The notes under the pieces were generated by a model, which was not told the DNA's origin, searched no databases, and saw only the letters and a list, made by a program, of their open reading frames with translations. The position numbers and the translations under genes were made by a program. A stretch of 64,000 nt of DNA from Candidatus Lustribacter sp. (GTDB taxonomy: Bacteria > Vulcanimicrobiota > Vulcanimicrobiia > Vulcanimicrobiales > Vulcanimicrobiaceae): NCBI GenBank assembly GCA_965277805.1, contig OZ255842.1, forward strand, positions 4,512,001 through 4,576,000, read 5' to 3'. Shown here piece by piece: positions 9,662 through 18,849 of this stretch (the stretch's first letter is position 1; every line of letters begins with the position of its first letter).

Positions 9662-10666
9662 ATGGCGGTCGCGTATAAGGACTATTATGAAACGCTCGGC
9701 GTTCCGAAAACGGCAACTGAGAAAGAGATCAAGTCGGCATATCGTAAGCTAGCGCGAAAGTGGCACCCCGACGCGAATCCAAAAGACCCCAAGGCGGCCG
9801 AGGAAAAATTTAAGGAGCTTCAGGAAGCAAACGAAGTCCTAAGCGATCCGGAAAAGCGCCGTAAGTACGATGCACTCGGCAGCGACTGGGCGAGCGCGTC
9901 CCGGCAAGCCGACGAACAGCGGCAGCACCGGTCGGAACGAGGACGCACGGTCGACTTCGGCGACCTCGAAGCGGAGTTCGGTGCAAACGGGTTTTCCGAT
10001 TTCTTCGACAGTTTCTTTTCGCAGGTCGGCCGGCGCGGATCGGCGGCCACCGACGTGCCGCAGCGCGGACGCGACATCGAAGGCTCGATCGAGTTGAGCC
10101 TCCGCGATGCGTACAACGGCGGCCCGAAGGCCGTCACGCTTCAGGTCGAAGACACCTGCCCTCAGTGCGGCGGAACAGGCATCCTCGACGGCCGGATCTG
10201 TCCGACCTGTCACGGCACCGGTCGCGTTACGACGACCAAGACCTTCGAGGTAAGGATACCGGCTGGGATTCGGGATGGTCAAACGATACGGCTCGCCGGG
10301 CAGGGCGGAAAAGGCAGCAACGGCGGTCCGGCTGGAGATTTGTATATGCGGGTCGTGCTGCAAGACGACGACACGTTCGAGCGGGACGGCGATGATGTCT
10401 ACGTCGATTTCCCAGTGAGCATGTACACGCTCATCCTCGGAGGTCAGGTTCGCGTACCAACGCTGTCCGGAGCGGCGACGATGAAAATACCGCCCGAAAC
10501 GCAGAACGAGCGACTTATGCGGCTGCGCGGCAAAGGGATGCCCCACGCCGGGGGCGGCCACGGCGACGAGTACGTGCGACTCGTAGCGCTGCTACCGCAG
10601 AGACTGAACGAGCACGAACGCGAGATGTTCGAAGAACTTGCAGCGCAATACCCCGTCCCGGCCTGA
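9662..10666 (+). CDS. dnaJ: DnaJ/CbpA-like co-chaperone with only two CxxCxGxG motifs
   Basis: J domain (KDYYETLGV...WHPD), FSDFF linker, CPQCGGTG and CPTCHGTG, C-terminal GDLY substrate-binding domain. Confidence 0.92.
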   Translation: MAVAYKDYYETLGVPKTATEKEIKSAYRKLARKWHPDANPKDPKAAEEKFKELQEANEVLSDPEKRRKYDALGSDWASASRQADEQRQHRSERGRTVDFGDLEAEFGANGFSDFFDSFFSQVGRRGSAATDVPQRGRDIEGSIELSLRDAYNGGPKAVTLQVEDTCPQCGGTGILDGRICPTCHGTGRVTTTKTFEVRIPAGIRDGQTIRLAGQGGKGSNGGPAGDLYMRVVLQDDDTFERDGDDVYVDFPVSMYTLILGGQVRVPTLSGAATMKIPPETQNERLMRLRGKGMPHAGGGHGDEYVRLVALLPQRLNEHEREMFEELAAQYPVPA

Positions 10667-10714
10667 CGATTACGTTTCCGTCTGCGTCAAGTCACCTCGG
10701 CGGCCATTCTCGCC

Positions 10715-10995
10715 CGCCGCAACCGAGTGGTCCGGCTCCGAGCCGAGAACGCGTAACGAGATTTTCAACATCACGAACGGCGACTATTTTCGCTGGCAGC
10801 AACGGCTTGTTGCCGATCCCGTACGCTCAGGTCGCGTCATGGGCGTTCGGCGACTTCATCTTCCACAGCGGCTTCGACAACATCAGCAGCACGATCAAGG
10901 CGCGCCGCGCCGGCTTCCACGATTGCATCGATACCGAGGAAATGTTTCGCCGCTTCTTCGACCAGCTTCGTGGACGCAAGATCATCCCCGCCTAG
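10715..10995 (+). pseudogene. C-terminal remnant of a PRISE/progesterone-5beta-reductase-like SDR
   Basis: Two frames give EW...RNEIFNITNGDYFRW and VASWAFGDFIF...DNISSTIKARRAGFHDCIDTEEMFRRFFDQLRGRKIIP. No N-terminal Rossmann domain; internal deletion/frameshift. Confidence 0.7.
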
Positions 10996-11002
10996 CTGGA
11001 AC

Positions 11003-11594
11003 TGCTTTGGGACGGTCTGGAAGCGCGCAAAAGGGGAGTATGATGCAACTCGATGCAAGCTGGGTCGGCGCGATCGCGTCGGTCGCCTCAGCCTTTGTTG
11101 TCGCGATCGCCGCCGTTGCGGCAGTCGCGCAAATTCGCTATATCCGTTCCTCAAACGAGATTACGGTGTTTCTCCGAATGATCGAACGCGTGGATTCTCC
11201 CGAATTCACCGATGCGTTCGCGGCGATCGGACCGTTGCGGCAGCGAATGGCAATCGATACCGGCCTGCGGCAACGGCTTTCAAACGACGAGCGCGTCGAA
11301 GAATTTCGCGACATCGGCGTGTTGTTGCAATTTATGGAACATCTCGGGACGCTCGTTGTAACGGGCCACATTTCGGAGGGTCTCGTGCTCGCGGAATATG
11401 CGGACAACATCGATGAATTATGGGACCGGTTGGGCGAGATGGTGTACCTGCGGCGTCAGGCGCGCGGGCCTTTCGTGGGCGTAGCCTTCGAGCATCTCGC
11501 TATGCGCGCGCGGCAATTCATAAAGGAGGGCCATATGGCGCAACTATACGGGCGTCTTAAGAAAGACCCGCAGCACGCCGCATTCAACAACTAA
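11003..11594 (+). repeat. Direct repeat copy 2 (intact)
   Basis: Homologous to 5221-5739; homology ends at the stop codon. Confidence 0.95.
11040..11594 (+). CDS. DUF4760-like protein with N-terminal TM helix (184 aa)
   Basis: GGGGAG RBS before ATG 11040; hydrophobic N-terminal helix; EHLGTLV..G, W..L and FEHLA pattern. The track ORF from 10638 is a spurious fusion with the upstream remnant. Confidence 0.7.
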   Translation: MMQLDASWVGAIASVASAFVVAIAAVAAVAQIRYIRSSNEITVFLRMIERVDSPEFTDAFAAIGPLRQRMAIDTGLRQRLSNDERVEEFRDIGVLLQFMEHLGTLVVTGHISEGLVLAEYADNIDELWDRLGEMVYLRRQARGPFVGVAFEHLAMRARQFIKEGHMAQLYGRLKKDPQHAAFNN

Positions 11595-11675
11595 GTGTAT
11601 CCAACAGCTGCGACTTCCAGAATAATGGTGCCGCCGGTGCATGTTCGATAAAACCCCGCCGCCAATGGGGAGCTG

Positions 11676-12263
11676 ATGTCACGGCTCGAGATTCCGTCCC
11701 CGGCGGCGCTTTTGCAGTACGCTCAGCGTGCTCGACTCGGATCATTCGAAGCGCCGCCGATCGATCGGATAGTGCGGCCGGGGCCAGGTCAGGAATCCGT
11801 ATGGGACTTTCCGCGACCGCCCCGGGTCGAACCAGTGCATTCACGAGTGCGTGTCGTCGCGCTCGGAACAACAATCGCGGAATCGACCAGTGCGATACGC
11901 ATCGTCGAAACGGCCGGCGCGCCGTGCTATTATCTCCCACCGGGTGATTGCATGAGTGGAGCGCTCGTCAAGACGGACGAGTGGACGGTTTGTGAATGGA
12001 AGGGCATCGCGTTCGCATACGATATCGTAATTGATGGCGAGAGGTTGCGAAGCGCAGCGTGGGCCTATCCTGACCCTCTGACGGATCTGGGTGCGGGTTA
12101 CGAACGCATCGCGGGGTATTTCGCGTTTTACGCAGCGCGCGTCGATGCTTGTTTTGTCGGCGATGAGCGCGTACGACCGCAGGGCGGTGGATTTTACGGC
12201 GGTTGGATTACCTCAAACCTTACGGGCCCCATCAAAGGCGATCCCGGATCAGGCAATTGGTAA
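11676..12263 (+). CDS. DUF427 domain protein
   Basis: PGPGQESVWDFPRPP, ET..PCYYLP, CEWKG, AAWAYPDP and GGFYGGWIT motifs. Confidence 0.88.
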   Translation: MSRLEIPSPAALLQYAQRARLGSFEAPPIDRIVRPGPGQESVWDFPRPPRVEPVHSRVRVVALGTTIAESTSAIRIVETAGAPCYYLPPGDCMSGALVKTDEWTVCEWKGIAFAYDIVIDGERLRSAAWAYPDPLTDLGAGYERIAGYFAFYAARVDACFVGDERVRPQGGGFYGGWITSNLTGPIKGDPGSGNW

Positions 12264-12288
12264 AGGCAACTCCCGCTACACGAGCGAC

Positions 12289-12315
12289 GCTTAGGTCATA
12301 GTACGTGACCTAAGC
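12289..12315. terminator. Perfect 10-bp hairpin between convergent ORFs
   Basis: gcttaggtca-N7-tgacctaagc; no clear U-tract. Confidence 0.4.
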
Positions 12316-12618
12316 ACCAATCTTGTGGTTGTAATCGCGAGCGTTTTCTTCCTCGACAGCATCCAGCAGCGATTTGTGGAAGCACTTGCGGTAGCGTTCG
12401 ATATGAAACCATGCGAGGCTGGTAACTTCTTCGCTGTTGTGCGTGTAGATGGCACGACGCGCGAAGAACACCGTGCGCGCGTTTATTACGGCCGCACCCG
12501 CTGGGCTAATCGTGGCGCGCGACGGCAGCGGCACGTTGGCAAACAACACCGCGTGCCTTCGGCCTAACGGAAGCGTTAACTCCACCTTCTGAGGTGGATC
12601 GAGCTGCCAGAATAGCAC
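12310..12618 (-). other. Uncharacterised ORF or degenerate gene remnant
   Basis: 102-aa ORF with no RBS; weak resemblance to an IS3-type transposase C-terminus. Confidence 0.25.
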
Positions 12619-12710
12619 GCGTTACCCGGCCGACGTTATCGCACCGTCGAGCGCGGGTTCGCAGAGCGCTAGGAAGGCGCCGAAGCGGCATTGCCGACAC
12701 GGCCGTAGCT

Positions 12711-13379
12711 TCACGAAGGCAGTTTCGTCCCGGCCTGCTCAGCTGCCATATACTCGCCGTACCAGTCGGGCCAGTTGGCGTCAGCCTTCCCTAGGCGCTT
12801 CTCGTGTTCCCCATGAGCGACCGCCGCACGCCGCATGGCGTTCGCGAGATCCGGGGCAGATGCGTACGTGGTCGCATTCGGATCTATCCGGCCCGGCAAC
12901 CGCGTCGTCACCTCCTGGCAAAGCCACCCATTGCCGTCTGGATCGCTGAATGACGCGAAAGAGCCGTAGCTGGCGTGATTGGGCGCGGGCCCTTCGACGC
13001 GACCGGCGGCGTCGTCGGGCTGAAACTGTGCGCCGGGCGTTCCCGCGTGAAACGCAATGCTGACCGCGACGCCACGGGCGGCGAGATCATTACGCGCGGC
13101 CATAATATCGGACACGGCCAAGTAAAGACCACGCGCGGAACCCGGTTCGGCCGACGTGATGTTCGTACCGAATTGTACAGAGCACGCCGACCCAGGTGGC
13201 GTAAACTGCACGACGCGGAATCCGTTGTCGAAGGAGAAGTCGGCGTCGAGGCGCCATCCGAGGCTGGCGTAAAACCTCTTCGCGCGGTCGACATCGGAGA
13301 CAGAGATAACGATCGCCTCGAGCTTCATATTGATCTTCGCTACATTCGCGTCAAGAGCGCTGGCTTCGTCGGCTTTCAT
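12711..13379 (-). CDS. VOC/glyoxalase family protein
   Basis: VSDVDRAKRFY..LGW, VVQFTPPGSACSVQFG and FSDPDGNGWLCQE motifs; C-terminal HGEHEKR..WPDWY extension; AGGAG RBS. Confidence 0.9.
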   Translation of the reverse strand: MKADEASALDANVAKINMKLEAIVISVSDVDRAKRFYASLGWRLDADFSFDNGFRVVQFTPPGSACSVQFGTNITSAEPGSARGLYLAVSDIMAARNDLAARGVAVSIAFHAGTPGAQFQPDDAAGRVEGPAPNHASYGSFASFSDPDGNGWLCQEVTTRLPGRIDPNATTYASAPDLANAMRRAAVAHGEHEKRLGKADANWPDWYGEYMAAEQAGTKLPS

Positions 13380-13491
13380 GGTTTACTCCTGAAGATGAGT
13401 CACGTGGTATGGCGAGATGATGGTGGGCTATATGCGACACTCGCTGGCATCAAACCGAAATCTGACTTTCAGCGAGCGTCCGCTGCATGCG

Positions 13492-13863
13492 CTACGCGGC
13501 CCTCGCCGTTTCATGGCGGCACGTGTCGAAATATATTTCGGGGATAGCTAGTTGATAGATCGTCATTGCCTCTTTTGCGCTAAGCCGTAATGCAACGATT
13601 AGACGAGACACGAAGCGAGGAGAAACTCGCACAGGACGCCCGCATTCAAGCCAGCGGTACCACTCGACGGAGACTCCGGCGAGTTCCGCTACTTCGCCAC
13701 GCCGCAAACCCGGGACGCGGCGCCGATTCGTGGGCGGCAAGCCGACGTCGCTCGGGTTAAGGCGAGAACGGCTACTCAAGAGAAACTCACGCAACTCTCG
13801 CCGGCGTTCGCTGTCAGCTTCCTCCAGGTTGGAGTCAAGATTAGCGCAATGCACGAAACGCAT
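13492..13863 (-). CDS. XRE-family HTH protein (MmyB-like N-terminal domain only)
   Basis: ELREFL.SSRSRL.PSDVGLP...RRRVPGLRRGEVAELAGVSVEWYRWLECGR; ends without the ligand-binding domain. Start uncertain. Confidence 0.8.
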   Translation of the reverse strand: MRFVHCANLDSNLEEADSERRRELREFLLSSRSRLNPSDVGLPPTNRRRVPGLRRGEVAELAGVSVEWYRWLECGRPVRVSPRFVSRLIVALRLSAKEAMTIYQLAIPEIYFDTCRHETARAA

Positions 13864-15052
13864 CCCGAATCTCAGCCGAAAGGATCGCCGGCTGTTCCCA
13901 GGCGGCAAAGTGGCCCCCCCTATCTACCTCGTTCCAATGGATGAGCTTGTGGTAGTTGCGTTCGCCCCAGCTGCGCGGCGCACGGTAAATCTCGCCCGGA
14001 AAGACCGTCACGCCGACAGGGAGCGAGATTTCAATGGCGTTGAACGGGTTGCCGCCGTAAACTTCCCAGTAACTTTGCGACGTGGACGCCGCAGTATTCG
14101 TCAACCAATAGAGCGAGATATCGTCAAGCATTTCGTCTTTGGTGAGCGCACGTTCGGGATCGCCGCCGCTGTACGGTCCAGCGGTAAACCGGTCATAAAT
14201 CCACGCTGCTTGGCCGGTCGGCGAGTCGGCTAAGCCGTAGCTGATGGTTTCCGGACGTGTTCCCATTATCGCCGAGTAGGCGCTACTATGCTTGTAGAAA
14301 GCGTCGAGCGATCTAAACGCAGCCAGTTCCGCGTCGGACAGTCCTGCTGGTGCCGGGTCGCCAACGCTCAGGGCCTTTGCTGCATCCGCGGGGACCGTTG
14401 CCGGCATGTTGACGTGAATCCCCAACAATCCCGCCGGCTGCTGAAGCGCCATGATATGCGATAAAACCGCACCCCAATCGCCACCTTGAGACACATAGCG
14501 CGTGTAGCCAAGCCGCGCCATCAACGTGGCCCAGGCGCTCGCGATTCGCGCTACACCCCAACCCTTCGTTTGCGGTTTCCCAGAAAAGCCGTAGCCCGGA
14601 AGTGAGGGCAGAACCAGATCGAATGCGTCTTCTGCACTTCCGCCATACGCAGTGGGATCGGTGAGTGGGCCGACGATTTTCAACAGTTCGAAGATCGAGC
14701 CGGGCCAACCATGCGTCATGATCAAAGGCAACGCATTCGGATGCTGTGAACGAACGTGCGCGAACTGAATGTCGAGTCCGTCGATCTCCGTCACAAACTG
14801 CGGCAAGGCGTTCAGCTTTGCTTCTCCCCTGCGCCAGTCGTAGTCGCTGCCCCAATAACGCACTAATTCCTGAATCTTTGCAAGTTGCACGCCCTGCGAC
14901 TGATCTGCGACCGTTTCCCTGTCGGGCCAGCGGGTTGCGGCCACTCGCTGGCGCAGATCGATGAGAGCAGCGTCCGGCACGCTGATGCGGAAGGAGCGAA
15001 TCGCGTCCGAAGCACCTATTTCAGCGAATTGCAGATGTTGGTTCAAGAGCAT
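13841..15052 (-). CDS. Epoxide hydrolase (microsomal type, EHN domain), no signal peptide
   Basis: HGWPGS, PSLPGYGFS, QGGDWG and GGHFAAWEQP motifs. Confidence 0.95.
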   Translation of the reverse strand: MLLNQHLQFAEIGASDAIRSFRISVPDAALIDLRQRVAATRWPDRETVADQSQGVQLAKIQELVRYWGSDYDWRRGEAKLNALPQFVTEIDGLDIQFAHVRSQHPNALPLIMTHGWPGSIFELLKIVGPLTDPTAYGGSAEDAFDLVLPSLPGYGFSGKPQTKGWGVARIASAWATLMARLGYTRYVSQGGDWGAVLSHIMALQQPAGLLGIHVNMPATVPADAAKALSVGDPAPAGLSDAELAAFRSLDAFYKHSSAYSAIMGTRPETISYGLADSPTGQAAWIYDRFTAGPYSGGDPERALTKDEMLDDISLYWLTNTAASTSQSYWEVYGGNPFNAIEISLPVGVTVFPGEIYRAPRSWGERNYHKLIHWNEVDRGGHFAAWEQPAILSAEIRDAFRALR

Positions 15053-15104
15053 TGAGTCCTCCGAGTTCGCGTTGAGGATTCAACTCTATCGTCATCTGCC
15101 GGCT

Positions 15105-15134
15105 AATGATTGCAGCGATGTTCGCTGAATTGTT
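15105..15134 (-). promoter_or_regulatory. Conserved upstream element of epoxide hydrolase 1
   Basis: 22/30 identical to 17305-17334, at the same distance from its ATG. Confidence 0.55.
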
Positions 15135-15143
15135 GATATGTAT

Positions 15144-15986
15144 TCAATATAACGATCTTGCGGACCATCGCAAGATGCTTGTGCCGAGACGATTGGGGTG
15201 TTTCGCGAGCATAACGCGGATGAGATCTTCTGGACCGTCGGCGTGCCTGTAAGCCATTTCAAAATCTTGAATGTAGGTCTCCGTATCCGTGATCGATTGC
15301 GCGCTATCAACCGCACCTGGACGCTTATGCGACGCCACAACGATGCGCGGGTCGAGGGCCGCAATTTTAGCGAGGCTTGCGAGCCACCCGTGCCACTGCT
15401 CGGGCGTTTTCAGGGCGAGGAAGGGATGCACGTCGTTATAAACTACATCGCCGGCAGCGACCAAATTCATCTCCGGAACATGCAACACCGTCGTGTCTTC
15501 CATGTCGCTCTGCCCAATGGAGATCGGTACTAACACCCGACCTTCGAGTTCGATCGTATCCGTTTCGAGCGCTTCGGCTATTAAGAGTGGGTGCTCGATT
15601 TGACCTGGAAAACGGGTCTCCCACCTTTCCAGGAATACCTTCAGTTGCGCTGCAGCTCGCATCCGTCCGACAACTTCTCTTGTCGCTACGGCGCGCGCTC
15701 CCGGGAAGTGCCTGAGGACGATTGCAAGGCCATAAAAGTGGTCGGCGTGTCCGTGCGTGATATAAATCGTTGTTAGGCGCTTTCCAATCGACTTAATCCA
15801 CTCGCAGAGGTCCTCTACTTCTGTTCTTGTCATAAGCGCATCAACTAATACCGCATCCCGCGCTCCGGAGATAAGTACCGCGGAGGTCGGAGACCAAATG
15901 TACTCATCCGCCGGGTCGCGTGACCCGGCGGCGATGTACGGCTTCCCTGGAGCTACGAACACGTCGGCCCTCAACGAAGCAGACAT
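15144..15986 (-). CDS. MBL fold metallo-hydrolase
   Basis: THGHADHF, AAGDVVYN and ASH motifs. Confidence 0.92.
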   Translation of the reverse strand: MSASLRADVFVAPGKPYIAAGSRDPADEYIWSPTSAVLISGARDAVLVDALMTRTEVEDLCEWIKSIGKRLTTIYITHGHADHFYGLAIVLRHFPGARAVATREVVGRMRAAAQLKVFLERWETRFPGQIEHPLLIAEALETDTIELEGRVLVPISIGQSDMEDTTVLHVPEMNLVAAGDVVYNDVHPFLALKTPEQWHGWLASLAKIAALDPRIVVASHKRPGAVDSAQSITDTETYIQDFEMAYRHADGPEDLIRVMLAKHPNRLGTSILRWSARSLY

Positions 15987-15989
15987 GGA

Positions 15990-17252
15990 TCAGCGTAGGG
16001 AGCGGAACGCCGCACGAATCTCGGCAGCGAAGAGTTGCGGTTGCTCCCAAGCGGCGAAGTGACCGCCCTTGTCGACTTTGTGATAGTAGACGAGCTTGTG
16101 GTAACTGCGCTCCGCCCAGCTTCGGGGTGCATTGTAGATCTCACCCGGGAACACCGTTATTGCAGTCGGTATAGAGATGTCGACAGCGTTGAAGTTGTTG
16201 GCGTTGTTTTCCCAATATAGCCGCGCTGACGAGGCTCCGGTATTGGTGAGCCAGTAGAGCGTGATATCGTCGAGCATCTCGTCTTCCGTGAGCTCACGCT
16301 CAGGCACTCCACCGGTGTAAGTCCAGTCCGCGAACTTATCGTAGAACCATGCCGCGAGGCCGGCCGGCGAATCCGCCAAACTATAGCCCACGGTTTGCGG
16401 CCGGGTCACCATGATGCCGGCATAGCCGCTGCCTTTGGTGTACAGCAGATTGAGCTGTTCGTAGGCTGTTTTCTCTTCATCGGAGAGGCCGGCCGGCGGC
16501 GGATCGCCATTTTGAAGAGCCTTCGCGATCTCCGGCGGGACGGTTGCGGGCATGTTTACGTGGATCCCGAGCAGTCCTGGCGGCGCCTGGCGCGCCATGA
16601 CGTCGGCGACAACGGAGCCCCAATCGCCACCTTGTGATACATAGTGCTTGTAGCCGAGCCGCTTCATGAGCACGTCCCACGCACGTGCGATTCGTTCGGG
16701 TCCCCAACCGGTTGTCTTTGGCTTGCCTGAGAAGCCGTAGCCCGGCATTGACGGCAGCACGAGATGGAATGCGTCTTCGGCACGCCCACCGTAGGCCGTT
16801 GGATCTGTAAGCGGCTCGATGACCTTCATGAGCTCGAGGATCGAACCCGGCCAGCCGTGGGTCATGATGAGTGGCATCGCATTTTTGTGCCGCGAGCGGA
16901 TGTGCGCGAATTGGATGTCGAGCCCGTCGATCTCCGTGATGAACTGCGGTAACGCGTTTAACTTCGCTTCGACCTTCCGCCAATCGTAGCTGGTTCCCCA
17001 GTAGCGAACGAGCTGCCGAAACTTTACTAGCTGGACACCCTGCGATCGATCGTCAACGGTTTCGCGGTCGGGCCAGCGCGTCTGCGCAATGCGCCGGCGA
17101 AGATCGATGAGTGCAGCTTGCGGCACGTTGAAACGGAAAGGGCGGATCGCTGATTCTGCGCTCGCGGAACCGCTCATAGCGAACTGGGCGACGGCGATAC
17201 TCATGGCCGCAGTGCCCAAAAAGTGGCGGCGGCGATACATAATTTCATGCAT
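15990..17252 (-). CDS. Epoxide hydrolase with Tat-like signal peptide
   Basis: RRRHFLG...ASA-ES N-terminus; HGWPGS, QGGDWG and GGHFAAWEQP motifs. Confidence 0.95.
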   Translation of the reverse strand: MHEIMYRRRHFLGTAAMSIAVAQFAMSGSASAESAIRPFRFNVPQAALIDLRRRIAQTRWPDRETVDDRSQGVQLVKFRQLVRYWGTSYDWRKVEAKLNALPQFITEIDGLDIQFAHIRSRHKNAMPLIMTHGWPGSILELMKVIEPLTDPTAYGGRAEDAFHLVLPSMPGYGFSGKPKTTGWGPERIARAWDVLMKRLGYKHYVSQGGDWGSVVADVMARQAPPGLLGIHVNMPATVPPEIAKALQNGDPPPAGLSDEEKTAYEQLNLLYTKGSGYAGIMVTRPQTVGYSLADSPAGLAAWFYDKFADWTYTGGVPERELTEDEMLDDITLYWLTNTGASSARLYWENNANNFNAVDISIPTAITVFPGEIYNAPRSWAERSYHKLVYYHKVDKGGHFAAWEQPQLFAAEIRAAFRSLR

Positions 17253-17304
17253 TGGTTCTCCGATTAGGTAAGTGAGATGTTGATCTTACCGGTGGCCTGT
17301 CGCG

Positions 17305-17334
17305 AATGATTGCACGAATGTGCGTCCGATTGTT
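17305..17334 (-). promoter_or_regulatory. Conserved upstream element of epoxide hydrolase 2
   Basis: aatgattgca-N3-atgt-N-cg-N4-attgtt shared with 15105-15134. Confidence 0.55.
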
Positions 17335-17845
17335 AATGCGTGTCCAAACAATGCAACTTACGCCACCGACTTGGCGTAATTCCAGCCGCGCGGCGAAATA
17401 GGTTCGAGAAATGTGCCTGATCGGAAAACCCAGTGGCAACTGCAATCTGGCTGAGCGGTACGTCCGTTTCTCGCATCAACTTCATTGCGCGTTCGATTCT
17501 TGCGCCGACGACATATTCGTGCGGTGTACGGCCAACGCTCGTGCGAAACGCATGGGAAAAGTAAGATCGACTCAGGCCGGCAACCGAAGAAAGCATCGAA
17601 ACAGAGATCGATTCACTGATCTTTTCGCGTATCGCGCCGTCCACGAGTGAAAGTTGTCGCGCATCTAAGCCTCGACTTGCCGCCTCTGAAATACGCCCTT
17701 TCGGGTGGTCATTAGTTTGCACTGAAACGACGACGGTTTTCCCCTCGGTCACCGGAAGCGTAATCGAAATACTCCGGCAGGCTGCGATTGCGTCGATAAT
17801 GGGTTGAAGTTCAGTAACTACCGATTCGGAAACGGATTGCATCAT
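17333..17845 (-). CDS. AraC family regulator (mostly DNA-binding domain)
   Basis: AGLSRSYFSHAFRTSVGRTPHEYV and VATGFSDQAHFSNLFRRAAGITP double HTH. Confidence 0.9.
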   Translation of the reverse strand: MMQSVSESVVTELQPIIDAIAACRSISITLPVTEGKTVVVSVQTNDHPKGRISEAASRGLDARQLSLVDGAIREKISESISVSMLSSVAGLSRSYFSHAFRTSVGRTPHEYVVGARIERAMKLMRETDVPLSQIAVATGFSDQAHFSNLFRRAAGITPSRWRKLHCLDTH

Positions 17846-17854
17846 CGTGTTTCG

Positions 17855-18718
17855 TCAGTCTTTGAGAAAGCGCAGCACTTGGTCGGTGAACAACTCCGGG
17901 TACTGAAAAATTGATCCGTGACCGGCGTCCGGATAGAGCACGAGAAATGCCTGGGGCAGATTTTCCGCCAGGATAAACGAGTTGATCGCGGGGCACATGC
18001 TGTCCCAGAGCCCGTTGGCGACGAATGTGGGTTGCGTGATTGTCTTCAGGCGATGATAGTGGTCGTCGCACGGCGCAGCCCAAGCGCCGATGGCCTGCAT
18101 CTGAGCATCCCGCACTTCAAGCGTGCTGGGAGCATCCGGCGCAGCGCTGCGGGCAGCGAGCCGCTGGACGAATGCGCGCGCCAGCTTCTGACTCGTCTCG
18201 GTATGCGCGAACATAAGCGACATGAGATCCTCAGCACCCGGTGAGTCGATTGCTGCATGATCCGTCACGCTACGGTTAGAGCGCCAGTCGAGGTGCTGGC
18301 CGCCTTGCGGCCCGGTGCCGGCGAGTATCAGGCGTCGAACCAGGGAGGGGTAGTCGATCGCGACTTGTTGTGCCGCGAATCCGCCCATCGAAAAGCCAAA
18401 CAGGTCGACAGAATCGAGGTGCAACGCACCGGCGAACGCGGCCACGTGGTGAGCCATGCCCTTGACGGTCGTTGCAGGCGGACCACTCGAACCGCCCACG
18501 CCGGCGTTGTCGAAGAGGATTACATCATGGGATGCAGCGAGCGGGTTGACGACCGCGGGGTCCCAGTTGTCCATCGTGCCACGAAAGTGCTGTAGTAATA
18601 CGAGCGGCCTTTGGCCTGAAGCACCGAATCGCCGATATGCATACCGTACGCCGCCGGCCTCGACCGAACGATTCGGAGCGGTCTCATGTGACTGGCCGGC
18701 CATCTGAATGATTTCCAT
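17855..18718 (-). CDS. Alpha/beta hydrolase
   Basis: LLQHFRG.MDNWDP, DNAGVG, GFSMGG and YPDAGHG..FQYP motifs. Confidence 0.92.
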   Translation of the reverse strand: MEIIQMAGQSHETAPNRSVEAGGVRYAYRRFGASGQRPLVLLQHFRGTMDNWDPAVVNPLAASHDVILFDNAGVGGSSGPPATTVKGMAHHVAAFAGALHLDSVDLFGFSMGGFAAQQVAIDYPSLVRRLILAGTGPQGGQHLDWRSNRSVTDHAAIDSPGAEDLMSLMFAHTETSQKLARAFVQRLAARSAAPDAPSTLEVRDAQMQAIGAWAAPCDDHYHRLKTITQPTFVANGLWDSMCPAINSFILAENLPQAFLVLYPDAGHGSIFQYPELFTDQVLRFLKD

Positions 18719-18849
18719 GCCTGAATCACATCACAAGGCTGAGGGCGAATCTATTGTGCCATGGTGTAAACAGAGCCGTGTAACATCAAGGTATAATGGA
18801 CGTCGGCATTCGAGTGGCTTAGCCTGGTTACACGCGCGAAAGGACCGGT

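Noticed and set aside
10638-11594. 318-aa ORF as a single fusion protein
   Set aside because: Read-through of an SDR remnant into the real gene, which has its own RBS and ATG at 11040, as confirmed by the duplicate copy starting at 5257.
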